A stretch of DNA of 64,000 nt from an uncultured Bacilli bacterium (lineage in GTDB: Bacteria; Bacillota_I; Bacilli_A; RF39; UBA660): the NCBI GenBank assembly GCA_934148845.1, contig CAKPDH010000001.1, forward strand, positions 251,963 through 315,962, given 5' to 3'. Numbering within the stretch: position 1 is the first letter of the stretch; each line of letters starts with the position of its first letter. Both the position numbers and the translations under genes were made by a program. The notes beneath the pieces are model-generated. The model did not search any database. It was not told the DNA's origin and worked only from the letters and a program-made list of their open reading frames with translations. Below are positions 42,016 through 52,388 of this stretch, piece after piece.

Positions 42016-43164
42016 TCACTTCCTAATAATACATTTTATAATTTCTTTTATCTTATTTATAATTTTATCTTTCGTTTTCTTTTTATATTTATTACCTCTA
42101 AAGTCCTCTTTTAGTAAACTATTAATATTCTTATTGCGATTTAAAAGCGCTATATCATTATATTTACCATTAAAAATTCTTGGATTATATTTTCTAAAAT
42201 CAAGCAAGTTTTGTTTTTTATATATGATTTCATTTTTAATGCTATCAAATAAATCACTACCAGTTAAATTATTTATAATTACAAGAGAAACACCATTATC
42301 CTTATTATCTTTAAAAAAATCTTTATCAATTTGACCTATGCCCCAAGCATCGGAAAGTGTAATATCACCTACTCTTGGTATAGTATTAAAATCACAATCA
42401 TAACAAGATTTCATCAAAAATAGATTTTTTAAATATGCCATAAACCATTCATCATTATAATGCTTATGCTTTGATACAATTTTATCACCATTAAAATATC
42501 CAAGCGAATAATTTGTCCAAGATTTATCTTTAAGTCTAAAATTAATGTTATTTACTCTTCCATTAAATCTAGATTTTAATGAATTATCGAATATTATTTT
42601 AGATGGAACACCATGACATGCTAAATCGACTACAATTAAATTAGAATTATCTATAATTTTTCTTATTGCCGCACATTGACAAGGTGTCCCAACAAATAAT
42701 ATTTTTTTAGACTTTATATTCTTTTTTATCTCATTATATATATTTCCAGGATAGCTTTGTATATATTTGGATCCTTGCATTTTAGATAAATCCGATACAC
42801 TATCTATTAAAACATGCTTAGCAGTATTATTTTCAAAAATGACTGAAGCAACCATTCCACCATAATCTAGTATTTTTTTTGCTAAATGATAAAATATTCC
42901 ACCAGATGATGATGTAGATAAAACTTTTTTATCTTTTGAATATGCAGAATATGATTTAATTTTATCCTTAGAGTTAGAATTTGTGAAAGATATTTTAGGA
43001 CAAATTTTTATACATAATCCACAATTTATACATTTATTTTTATCTATTCTATACTGATAAAAACCTTCTTTATTTAATTCTATTTTAATAGCATTTCTAG
43101 GACAAATATTCTTGCAAGCACAACATCCAGTACAGTTAAAGTTTAAATCTTTTAAATTACTCAT
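42016..43164 (-). CDS. FrhB-like protein with 2x[4Fe-4S] ferredoxin (second copy)
   Basis: CTGCCACKNICPRNAI...CINCGLCIKICP, and a C-terminal CYDCDFN...ITLSDAWG. Confidence 0.8.
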   Translation of the reverse strand: MSNLKDLNFNCTGCCACKNICPRNAIKIELNKEGFYQYRIDKNKCINCGLCIKICPKISFTNSNSKDKIKSYSAYSKDKKVLSTSSSGGIFYHLAKKILDYGGMVASVIFENNTAKHVLIDSVSDLSKMQGSKYIQSYPGNIYNEIKKNIKSKKILFVGTPCQCAAIRKIIDNSNLIVVDLACHGVPSKIIFDNSLKSRFNGRVNNINFRLKDKSWTNYSLGYFNGDKIVSKHKHYNDEWFMAYLKNLFLMKSCYDCDFNTIPRVGDITLSDAWGIGQIDKDFFKDNKDNGVSLVIINNLTGSDLFDSIKNEIIYKKQNLLDFRKYNPRIFNGKYNDIALLNRNKNINSLLKEDFRGNKYKKKTKDKIINKIKEIIKCIIRK

Positions 43165-44674
43165 GTGTTCTCCTTACTTTGTTTAATATTACTTTAAAAT
43201 TATTTCTCATTGCATGATCAAATAAATAAAATACTGAGAATATAACTAATAAAACTATAATAAAAATTACTAACATTACTAAAAACCATTTAAAGTAATT
43301 TGTACTAAATAATAAAACTTTACTTTCTAAAGGAAACAGCACAATACTTAATAAAACAAATGATAATATAACTATAATTGGTCTTATAATTAATGACTTA
43401 TATGATGCTTTTTTAAATACCTTTTTATTTATTAAACTAGTTCTTATAAATATTCCAACCAAGCTTGCAATAAATGTTGCAATTAAAATACCATTTATTC
43501 CAATAAGCTTTAATAAAATAATTGAAAGTATAATGTTTACTACAGATTCAATTATTGGAAAAAATCTACTTTCCTTAAATAATCCATTAGCTTGAATTAC
43601 AGTATTTATATTTGTTAAAATAATGTTTGATACAATAATTGCTGCAAAAGAACAACTTGATAAATAGTTAAGAATGTAATTAGGTTTATCTATCCATAGT
43701 TTAATAAAACTTCTAGCGCCCATTACAAAGCAAAATGAAATAACAAGAGTTACTGCTGAGAAAAATGAAACATAACTTTTATAATAATCTAATGTTTTTT
43801 TATCATCCTTAGCAAATGAATAACCAAATATATTACTTATCATTTGATTATTTTTATCAAATAATTCCCTTATAAAAGTAACAATATAATTATAAGATGA
43901 ATATATACTAACATAAACAGGTCCTAGAAAACTCATTAATAAAACAGTATCTACATTATTAAATATAACATAGCCTATTTGGTGAAATATCATATCTCCT
44001 GACATCTTTTTAGCACTTTTATCTGGAGTAGCCGATTTATCTAAATATGTATATTTCTTTTTACAATATGATGTAATTACTAAAGTTTCTAATATTTTAA
44101 ACAATAAGTTTACGATAACAATTGAAATTATTGAATTAGTTAATGAAACAACAAAAATTATTAAAATATCAGTAAGTAATCTAGAAATATTATAAACAAG
44201 ACCATAAGTAAATCTTTTTTGATCTGCTGTAAGAAGTGTTGTATAAGATCTAGTTCCACTTAAATAAGGTAAAGCTACAGCAAAAACCAACATAAAAAAG
44301 CAAAATGAAATTGTAATAAACAATTTAATTTCCTTTGTATACATATAAATAACAGGTAAAAGTATAACTGCTATTGATATAAAAATTATACCTATACCTT
44401 TTAAAATAGCCTTAGAACCATTAAATAATTCAGAAATCTTTTTATAATCATTATTAGCAACCGGCCTATACATTTTATATAATATGGCAGTTGAAATACC
44501 TGCCTCAGCAAGAACAATATATGATATAATATTATTTATAAACTGATAATATCCATTCATTTCAGAACCAAGTCCATGAATTATATATTTAACTTTTAAA
44601 AGTCCAACAACAGCTATTATTAAATAAAATATAGTTTCCATTACTGAATTTTGCAATATTTTCTTTAATTTCAT
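43157..44674 (-). CDS. wzx: Polysaccharide flippase (Wzx, MOP superfamily), second copy
   Basis: 505 aa with 12-14 TM segments. Confidence 0.75.
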   Translation of the reverse strand: MKLKKILQNSVMETIFYLIIAVVGLLKVKYIIHGLGSEMNGYYQFINNIISYIVLAEAGISTAILYKMYRPVANNDYKKISELFNGSKAILKGIGIIFISIAVILLPVIYMYTKEIKLFITISFCFFMLVFAVALPYLSGTRSYTTLLTADQKRFTYGLVYNISRLLTDILIIFVVSLTNSIISIVIVNLLFKILETLVITSYCKKKYTYLDKSATPDKSAKKMSGDMIFHQIGYVIFNNVDTVLLMSFLGPVYVSIYSSYNYIVTFIRELFDKNNQMISNIFGYSFAKDDKKTLDYYKSYVSFFSAVTLVISFCFVMGARSFIKLWIDKPNYILNYLSSCSFAAIIVSNIILTNINTVIQANGLFKESRFFPIIESVVNIILSIILLKLIGINGILIATFIASLVGIFIRTSLINKKVFKKASYKSLIIRPIIVILSFVLLSIVLFPLESKVLLFSTNYFKWFLVMLVIFIIVLLVIFSVFYLFDHAMRNNFKVILNKVRRTHE

Positions 44675-44675
44675 T

Positions 44676-45905
44676 CTACTCTCCCTTTAAATGTTTACAT
44701 ATATCATCAAGTGTCGCACTAACTATTTCTTTAGATGAAGAAACACTATCTGCTATTTTACTTTCTATACTGCTATCATTTTTTATATAATTGATTCTAT
44801 CGAAAACTAAACTCTCAAATTTCTTCCAAAAATTTTTTTGCTTTGCATCTAATACTAAGTTAGGAAATTTAAGACCATCAGCAATAACTCCTTTATATTT
44901 TTTACTATATGAAATACATATCGCTGGATGTCCCATTTGAAAGGTTGAAACTGCTGCATGCATTCTACAAGTTATTGTAAATTTGCCTAATCCAAGTATA
45001 ATTCTTGCTTCAACTGGAAGAATTGGTTTATCAATTAAAATGCAATTATTTGATATAAAATTATTATATTTTTTATCTATTTTTTTGTATAAAATGTTAT
45101 CATCTATTCCGTTTTTAGTAAACACATGAGCAAGACACACAACATTATACTTTTCTTTTATTAATCTTTTGATAAGATTATAAAAAGCATCTACCATTTC
45201 TTCTGGATTTTTTGAATAATTAGATAAAAGTCCTGTACCAACTACAGTTATATAATTATTTTCTTCTAAATTATACTTACCTAATATTTTTACTTTATTT
45301 TTAAGATATTCTTTTTGCAAGTTTAAATCTAGAAATGCTAAATCCCTAGACTCAAAAGAATCAGTACCTAGTACATTTTTTAAATATTTTTTTGTTTCTA
45401 AATCTCTTGTATAAATTCTTATATCCTTAAAAGTTTTCTTTGCAAGATTAATTCTCTTTCCTGTGTATGGACCAATAGTTTGTCCAACCATAATTAAATT
45501 TGAATTTGAATTAAATATTTTTAATTCTTCAAAAACAAATTTAACCTCTAAATTATCCTTAGGAAACTTATAATACACCTCAGAAAAATCATCTCCGCCT
45601 AAAATAATAATAGCATCATAAAATAAAGAAGCCTTCTTTACATGGGATTTTCTTCTTAATTTTCTTTCCAATACTCTAATATATTTGATTTTACCTGTAA
45701 GCAAATTAAATTTTAAAACATTATCACAGTATATATTATCATTTTTTGTTGCAATTCTTAAACGTTCAACATCTTGATAAGTATCAGCTTCTATGTAAAA
45801 TTTTACATCACTAATTTTTTTAGTAATATATGTTATTAAATTTTCTGCCATCATCATACTTCCATAATTATATGTATTTGAAATATTTTTTAAAAGTATA
45901 TTCAT
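44676..45905 (-). CDS. Polysaccharide pyruvyl transferase (second copy)
   Basis: 409 aa. Family-like N-terminus MNILLKNISNTYNYGSMMMAENLI. Confidence 0.7.
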   Translation of the reverse strand: MNILLKNISNTYNYGSMMMAENLITYITKKISDVKFYIEADTYQDVERLRIATKNDNIYCDNVLKFNLLTGKIKYIRVLERKLRRKSHVKKASLFYDAIIILGGDDFSEVYYKFPKDNLEVKFVFEELKIFNSNSNLIMVGQTIGPYTGKRINLAKKTFKDIRIYTRDLETKKYLKNVLGTDSFESRDLAFLDLNLQKEYLKNKVKILGKYNLEENNYITVVGTGLLSNYSKNPEEMVDAFYNLIKRLIKEKYNVVCLAHVFTKNGIDDNILYKKIDKKYNNFISNNCILIDKPILPVEARIILGLGKFTITCRMHAAVSTFQMGHPAICISYSKKYKGVIADGLKFPNLVLDAKQKNFWKKFESLVFDRINYIKNDSSIESKIADSVSSSKEIVSATLDDICKHLKGE

Positions 45906-45922
45906 AAAATCTCCTTTTCTGT

Positions 45923-46957
45923 TTATTTTTTACTTCTATCAAATAGTATATCTGTTTTAAATACAAAAATCATTAATCCAATCATTAGTACACCATATAC
46001 AATATATCCTATATTATAGTCCACTAATAACCATATAATAGATGCTAAAGAAAATAACGCTGTAATTAAATATATAATTAATACTGTTTTTCTAACACCA
46101 CAGTTTCTTCTTAATAACTGATGGTGAAAATGACTTTTGTCTGGTGTACCTATGCTTTCACCCTTTAATTTTCTTCTTATTATCGCACATGCTGTATCAA
46201 GTATTGGAACTACTAATATACAAAGTGGAATTATAATTGAAGATGTAAGTATAGTTTTAAATCCTAAAAGAGTTATAACTGAAATTATAAAGCCTAAAAA
46301 CATAGATCCAGAATCACCCATAAATATTTTTGCTGGATTAAAATTATGTACTAAAAAACCTAATGTTGATCCAAGCATTATAAATGTAAGGACAAAAGAT
46401 AATCCTATCCTTCCTTGAAAGTAAGCAATTATTCCAATAGTAAGAAAGAAAATGGAGCTAATGCCTGCTGCAAGGCCATCAAGACCATCAATTAAATTTA
46501 AGCAATTTATGCATCCTAATATAAATAGTACAGTTATAGGATATGCAAAAATTTTAAAATCAATATATAATCCTAAAAAAGTTACATCTCTAAGTAGCAA
46601 ATTACCATATATTACTACTATTAAAGCTGAAGCTAATTGACCTATAAATTTAGGAAAAGGATTTAATGGTTTAATATCATCTATCATTCCTGTAATAATT
46701 AAAATAAAACTTCCTATTAATATTGAGTTCATAATAGCTGTATGTTCACCAAAAACCATATATCCAAGTAAGAACCCACCATATATACCTATTCCACCTA
46801 ATCTAGGCATAGGAGTTTTGTGTACTTTTCTTTCATTTGGTATATCTAGTGCTCCGACATGTGTTGCTATTTTCTTAACAAAAGGAATTGCTAAAACAAC
46901 GAACACAAAAGGAATAAATATCATTAATAAAATCGTTGTTATGTTTGTATTACTCAT
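45923..46957 (-). CDS. tagO: UDP-GlcNAc:undecaprenyl-phosphate GlcNAc-1-phosphate transferase (TagO/WecA; MraY/GT4 family)
   Basis: 11 TM segments. ...NCLNLIDGLDGLAAG... and ...FMGDSGSMFLGF... are MraY/WecA signatures. Confidence 0.85.
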   Translation of the reverse strand: MSNTNITTILLMIFIPFVFVVLAIPFVKKIATHVGALDIPNERKVHKTPMPRLGGIGIYGGFLLGYMVFGEHTAIMNSILIGSFILIITGMIDDIKPLNPFPKFIGQLASALIVVIYGNLLLRDVTFLGLYIDFKIFAYPITVLFILGCINCLNLIDGLDGLAAGISSIFFLTIGIIAYFQGRIGLSFVLTFIMLGSTLGFLVHNFNPAKIFMGDSGSMFLGFIISVITLLGFKTILTSSIIIPLCILVVPILDTACAIIRRKLKGESIGTPDKSHFHHQLLRRNCGVRKTVLIIYLITALFSLASIIWLLVDYNIGYIVYGVLMIGLMIFVFKTDILFDRSKK

Positions 46958-47084
46958 CTTACCACCCTCTTAAACATTATATCATATTTAATAACGTTTA
47001 CAAACAAATTATAAAAATTTAATCTAAAAATAACTAAATATATCATTTTTTGTAAAAATAAGTTATAATTAAATAGGTGATAGT

Positions 47085-47666
47085 ATGAGCAAAGAAAAAA
47101 TAGATTTATCTATTATAAAGGATAACGATTTAGATAAAACTGGAACATTTACAGATTTAATGTCAAGAAAAGAAAAAAAAGAAAGACTTAAAGAAATAGA
47201 GTTAGAAAAAGCAAATTCAAAAGACGATCTTGAAAGCATGATAGACGAGAAAAAAAGAAGTACTAAAGATCTTTCTAAAGACTTAGAAAAAGCAAATATG
47301 GAATATAATAAAGAAAAAGAAGACATAGAAAAAACTCAAATACTTGAGTTAACTAGACAAATGAAATTCAATTTTGAAGAAAAAAAGAATGAAAATAGTA
47401 AATCTAAAAACAAATGGGTATCTAAACTAAATATAATTGGTGAAATTAATTTATTATGTATCTTATATTATATATACTTACTTGTATTTACTAACTATCA
47501 AGACAACCCTAAAAATTATTCAATAGGAGGCTTATTAGTAGTTTCACTTGTATTAATATTTGGGCTTTCCGTTGTTACAAGCAAAAAAATAAGTACATTT
47601 TTTAATATATTAAATATACTTACTATATTTCTATTTATTGCATTTAATATTTATAGTTTAATATAA
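47085..47666 (+). CDS. Hypothetical membrane protein: charged KE-rich cytoplasmic N-domain plus 3 C-terminal TM segments
   Basis: RBS aggtga lies 6 nt upstream of the ATG. It is the only plus-strand ORF with an RBS and a downstream terminator. Confidence 0.55.
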   Translation: MSKEKIDLSIIKDNDLDKTGTFTDLMSRKEKKERLKEIELEKANSKDDLESMIDEKKRSTKDLSKDLEKANMEYNKEKEDIEKTQILELTRQMKFNFEEKKNENSKSKNKWVSKLNIIGEINLLCILYYIYLLVFTNYQDNPKNYSIGGLLVVSLVLIFGLSVVTSKKISTFFNILNILTIFLFIAFNIYSLI

Positions 47667-47667
47667 A

Positions 47668-47697
47668 AAGCTTCAGCCTTTGCTGAAGTCTTTTTAA
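47668..47697. terminator. Bidirectional intrinsic terminator (gcttcagc-ctttgc-tgaagtc)
   Basis: A perfect hairpin flanked by A-runs and T-runs, between convergent genes. Confidence 0.6.
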
Positions 47698-49424
47698 TAT
47701 GATAAATCATTTGTAGATGATGCAGTAGGTGCAAAATCACTCATAGGTATAGATATTACTGGTCTATATGTACGAAAATTTTCGTCTATGGATATTGGCA
47801 CAGTAGATATATATTTTTTATCTCTTTCATCTTCATAGCTATCTTTTTGAAATGCCATAGTTGTATTATCATAAAGATATCTTTTATTATTATTATATGA
47901 ATCTAATAAATCAAAAGAGTTTGGTGCACTAAGAGTATAACGACCATTAACCTCTGAAAGGGTATAGAACCTTAAAATGTCTTTCTTCGTATCAAGTAAA
48001 GCTTGAATTTCTTCTTTGGTAGCAAGCCTAGCTTTTAGGTTCGGTGCTTGCCAAGATGCATGACTTATATCAGATGAACTTGTAGCATATCTATTAAGAA
48101 TATATGTTGTATTACCTATTGTATATATTCCATAATATCCATTTGATGAATTTTTTGCATTATATGGATCCCTAAAATTTATATTAATATTTGGTACATT
48201 CCAATCTTTTGTTTCATTATAAATAGTTTGCATAATAGAAACAGGTCCAAATAAATTACTGATGGTACTTTCTTTAGGATAACCAAATTTGGCTTTTAAA
48301 TTATTAAAATCTGAGTTTTTTATCCAATAATATATATTAGGTACTCCACCATATTCAGATTCTGACATTAGATTTATTAGATTGTTTTCTGAATCTATAC
48401 TTAAAATATAATAACGTCCAAATAAAAGTTTATGATTATTAATCTTTTTTTTATCAGGCCCAGATATGTTACAATAATATTCATCGCCTATTTCAAATAT
48501 AAGTTTATTATTTTCATCTAATTTTGGAACAGTTGCAATAATAGCCCATTCTGGGTGCTTATAATGATCTGAAAGTACCTTATTTCCTCCAGCATCTATT
48601 GTAGCAATACAAGTAGAAGTTATACTTACTTTACACTCACCTTTAAGCTTTATATCATATGAAAATCTTGAGCCACTATATTTAACTTCTACACTGTAAT
48701 CAGTAACCGGAAGATCATTATAAGTAGTGAAAGCTCCTAAACCTAGCATATTTTCGTTTATAAGAGTTGATACTTTTATACAGTATGTATTTCCATCTCT
48801 CTCTGAAAATTTATCAGGATATTTTGATACAAACTCCTTAGCAGCACTTATTATAGCTTCTTTTATACATTCATCATTATTTGTAACAACTGTTATATCT
48901 GATAAAGCATCTAATTTAACATCTTTGATTATTTTAGGTATATATTTATAAACATTTTTTGTGGAATCATAATCCGCTAGCACTATACAAGCGCTACATT
49001 TTCCTTCTTTTGTACATTTATCATAGTCTATTATTTGTTCAGTACATTCATCTACCATTTCATAGTGATAGCCACCACTATATGTTACTTTTACTATGTT
49101 TTTAGCTTTTACATTTTCATTATCATAATCTTTTAGATAACCTTTTCCCTTTAAAGTATCTACAGCTACACAATATGTATTAGTTGTTACTTTAGGATAA
49201 TTACGACTGTTATCTGAAATATATAAATCTAATGCTCTAAATATTATATTTTCATAGCTAGTATTAATAGCAAGTTCCTTATTTTTAACACTACCTGTTA
49301 TTTTGGGTAGTACTATTAACATTATTCCTATAATTAATATTATTACACTAAGCAGTTCTATTAATGTAAAACCATCTTTAGATAATGACTCTCCCCCCCC
49401 CCCGAAGCGTACGTTTGTTTTCAT
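47694..49424 (-). CDS. Large type IV prepilin-like protein (class III signal, G|FTLIELL) with a 530-aa C-terminal extracellular domain
   Basis: MKTNVRFGGGGESLSKDG|FTLIELLSVIILIIGIMLIV, with Glu at +5. A G11 homopolymer lies in codons 7-11. Confidence 0.65.
   Translation of the reverse strand: MKTNVRFGGGGESLSKDGFTLIELLSVIILIIGIMLIVLPKITGSVKNKELAINTSYENIIFRALDLYISDNSRNYPKVTTNTYCVAVDTLKGKGYLKDYDNENVKAKNIVKVTYSGGYHYEMVDECTEQIIDYDKCTKEGKCSACIVLADYDSTKNVYKYIPKIIKDVKLDALSDITVVTNNDECIKEAIISAAKEFVSKYPDKFSERDGNTYCIKVSTLINENMLGLGAFTTYNDLPVTDYSVEVKYSGSRFSYDIKLKGECKVSITSTCIATIDAGGNKVLSDHYKHPEWAIIATVPKLDENNKLIFEIGDEYYCNISGPDKKKINNHKLLFGRYYILSIDSENNLINLMSESEYGGVPNIYYWIKNSDFNNLKAKFGYPKESTISNLFGPVSIMQTIYNETKDWNVPNININFRDPYNAKNSSNGYYGIYTIGNTTYILNRYATSSSDISHASWQAPNLKARLATKEEIQALLDTKKDILRFYTLSEVNGRYTLSAPNSFDLLDSYNNNKRYLYDNTTMAFQKDSYEDERDKKYISTVPISIDENFRTYRPVISIPMSDFAPTASSTNDLSY
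49393..49403 (-). repeat. Homopolymeric G11 tract (C11 on plus) inside the 5' end of the prepilin gene; candidate phase-variation switch
   Basis: ttc ggg ggg ggg gga gag encodes F-GGGG-E. An 11-nt G/C run in a genome of about 24% GC. Confidence 0.6.
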
Positions 49425-49463
49425 ATAATTACCTACTTTCTATACTAATGATATCATATATTT

Positions 49464-51623
49464 TTATATTTTTCTAGGATTAAAATCTATATCTAGTGTT
49501 ATTTTTTTATTATTACTTAATAAATCAACTACGTCTTTTAAATTAATATATATATCTTTTGAATTTTTGTATTTAATTATTATTTGCATGTAATATTTAT
49601 TATTTATCTTAGGCATTGCATTTAAACTAGGGCCTAAAATTATTATATTTTTATTTTCTAAATATTTTTTTATTTTAATAGCTTCCTGTTCTAATTCTTT
49701 TAAATTTGTTCCTATTAATTTTATTAAGCATAAATCATAATATGGAGGATATCCTAATTTTTTTCTAATACTCATTTCTTCTTTATAAAAACTATTATAG
49801 TCATTTAGGGCTGCATATTTAATACTATAATGATCTTTATTAAAACATTGTATTATAACTTTACCATTTGTTTTAGATCTACCAGCTCTGCCTGATACTT
49901 GGCTCAAAAGAGAAAATGTTCTTTCTCCACTTCTATAATCTGGTATATTAAGTGTTGCATCCCCATTTATTACTCCAACTAAAGTAACATCCTTAAAGTC
50001 AAGTCCTTTTGATATCATCTGCGTACCAATTAATATATTGTACTTTTTGTTTTTAAAGTCATTTATTATCCTCTCATGACTTCCTTTTCTTCTCGTTGTA
50101 TCAATATCCATTCTGATAACCTTAGCCCTATCAAACTGTTTTTTTACTTCTTCTTCTAATTTTTCTGTACCAATGCCAAAATCAGTAAGATTTTTACTAT
50201 TACAATTAGGACAATTACTAGCTTTATATGTAGTATAATTGCAATAATGACAATTTAATTTATTTGAGCTTTTATGATATGTAAGTGGTATATCACAATT
50301 AGGACATTTTACTACATACCCACACTCTTTACAAGTAATAGTAGTAGAATAGCCTCTTCTATTAAGTAATAATATTACTTGTTCTAAATTATCTAATCTA
50401 TTATTAATATCATCTATTAATTCTCTTGAAAAAATTCTAAAGCCTTTTTTTATTTCTTCTTTCATATCTATTACTTTTATAACAGGCATAGATTTATTAA
50501 TTCGCTCTTTTAGCTCAAGTAATTTATATTCTCCTAAAATAGCCCTTGTATAACTATCAATTAAAGGAGTAGCACTTCCAAATATAACGGGGCAAGAATG
50601 TGTTTTAGCACGCTTAAGAGCTATATCTATTGCATTATATTTAGGGTTATTTTCTTGCTTATACGTATCTGAATGCTCTTCATCTAGTATAATTAATCCA
50701 ATATTTTTAAATGGCGCAAATATAGCACTTCTAGCACCTATTACAATAGAGACCTCTCCCCTTTGAACTTTTCTCCATTCATCATATTTTTCACCATCTG
50801 ATAAAGCACTGTGTAAAATAGCTATAGAATCCTTAAATCTAGATCTAAAAATATTTACCATTTGAGGTGTTAAACTTATTTCAGGAACAAGTACTATTAC
50901 CTCTTTTTTTTCTTCTAATACCTTTGAAATTATATTTAAATATACTTCAGTTTTACCAGATCCAGTTACTCCATGTAGTAAAAAAGGAGAAAATTTGTTT
51001 AAACAATTAATAACGCTTGATACAACTTTTTCTTGATCTTTTGTTAATACAGGCTTTATAGCATCTATATCACCATTATAATTAAGTCTATATACTTCTT
51101 TTTTTTCTTCTTTTATTACATTGTTTTTAAGTAAAGTATTTATACTTGATAAAGATATCTTAGTAAGTTCACTTTTTAAAGTAGGTTTAATTTTTAATAT
51201 ATCAATTATTTCTTTTTGACAATCGTTTTTAGGTATATATAGGTAATCTTTTAATGATAAGTATTTATCATATTTTTTATTTATATTAGTATTTTTATGC
51301 GCTTTTAGCGCTACAGGTAACATAGTTTGATATGATTGTATTAAAGAAGATAATGTTTTTTTACTTATATATTTACCAAGTTCAATCATTTCTTCTGTAA
51401 GCACTGGGTCACTATCTATTACATCTATAATATCTAATACTTTATACTCTACTTTAGATTTAGTATTTATACCTAATATAAATCCTTCTAATTTTTGTCT
51501 TCCAAAAGGAACATATACTCTTTTACCTATCTTTATTTTATCTATTAGACTATCTTTTACATTATAGGTAAATGTTTTATTTATTTTTTTAACTTTAAGT
51601 TCAACTAAAACATCTATATACAT
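49464..51623 (-). CDS. priA: Primosomal protein N' (PriA helicase)
   Basis: Walker A LLHGVTGSGKTEVY, a DEEH box, and Cys-rich zinc fingers CKECGYVVKCPNCD...CHYCNY...CPNCNS. Confidence 0.9.
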   Translation of the reverse strand: MYIDVLVELKVKKINKTFTYNVKDSLIDKIKIGKRVYVPFGRQKLEGFILGINTKSKVEYKVLDIIDVIDSDPVLTEEMIELGKYISKKTLSSLIQSYQTMLPVALKAHKNTNINKKYDKYLSLKDYLYIPKNDCQKEIIDILKIKPTLKSELTKISLSSINTLLKNNVIKEEKKEVYRLNYNGDIDAIKPVLTKDQEKVVSSVINCLNKFSPFLLHGVTGSGKTEVYLNIISKVLEEKKEVIVLVPEISLTPQMVNIFRSRFKDSIAILHSALSDGEKYDEWRKVQRGEVSIVIGARSAIFAPFKNIGLIILDEEHSDTYKQENNPKYNAIDIALKRAKTHSCPVIFGSATPLIDSYTRAILGEYKLLELKERINKSMPVIKVIDMKEEIKKGFRIFSRELIDDINNRLDNLEQVILLLNRRGYSTTITCKECGYVVKCPNCDIPLTYHKSSNKLNCHYCNYTTYKASNCPNCNSKNLTDFGIGTEKLEEEVKKQFDRAKVIRMDIDTTRRKGSHERIINDFKNKKYNILIGTQMISKGLDFKDVTLVGVINGDATLNIPDYRSGERTFSLLSQVSGRAGRSKTNGKVIIQCFNKDHYSIKYAALNDYNSFYKEEMSIRKKLGYPPYYDLCLIKLIGTNLKELEQEAIKIKKYLENKNIIILGPSLNAMPKINNKYYMQIIIKYKNSKDIYINLKDVVDLLSNNKKITLDIDFNPRKI

Positions 51624-51653
51624 AATACCTCCTGAGAATAAAACTCTTGAATA

Positions 51654-52388
51654 TCAAGAGTCATGATTTAATAATTTATTTATTATTAATAATATAATAA
51701 CTATTAGTCCTGTTATAAATAATTTAAATGTAAAATTATTTATAAGCGTTATAAAAAACTTAGAAAAATAACTATTTGTATATACAAATTTATCAAATAT
51801 ATTAAATATTTTTATAACTAGATATGGACATAATAATAATATTGAGCTTGAAAGTATGCTCGTTTTTAAGAATTTTTTATCTTTATTTAATATTAATAAT
51901 ATAACACTAATAACTATTATTACAGTTATCACTGATATAGTAATAAAGAGCTTATTATTTAAATATAATTTATGAATCATATTATATTCACGAGTTGGAA
52001 ATAAATTATATGTATATATATCATTTATTTCCTTAGCGTATCTTTTATTTATTGATATATCATTTGTATATGAATCTATAATATTATAAAGATCTATATA
52101 TCTATTAACACTCTTACCATTTATAATATTTTTTATATCTGATTTTATCATATTAATTGTAAAATATTCTAAATACTTATTTTTAATTTCCTTATTTATT
52201 ACAAAATTACTTACTTCTTCTTTTATATTATTGAATGCTAAATCATAATAGTTAATTTTATTTAAATTATTTAAAATACTTTTTTTAGTAAGTGTACTTT
52301 CAAGTGATATAAATAAAGTAAAAATAGTTAAAATAATCATAAGAGTAAATGATAAAACATGACTAATACTACTTTTCATTTGTATCAC
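51654..52388 (-). CDS. Hypothetical membrane protein
   Basis: 244 aa. N-terminal TM, mid TM and C-terminal TM segments. No motifs. Confidence 0.5.
   Translation of the reverse strand: MIQMKSSISHVLSFTLMIILTIFTLFISLESTLTKKSILNNLNKINYYDLAFNNIKEEVSNFVINKEIKNKYLEYFTINMIKSDIKNIINGKSVNRYIDLYNIIDSYTNDISINKRYAKEINDIYTYNLFPTREYNMIHKLYLNNKLFITISVITVIIVISVILLILNKDKKFLKTSILSSSILLLCPYLVIKIFNIFDKFVYTNSYFSKFFITLINNFTFKLFITGLIVIILLIINKLLNHDS

Noticed and set aside
47069-47326. Minus-strand 85-aa ORF overlapping the 47085..47666 plus gene.
   Set aside because: Antisense to an ORF that has an RBS and a terminator. Its product is a low-complexity serine/leucine-rich translation.
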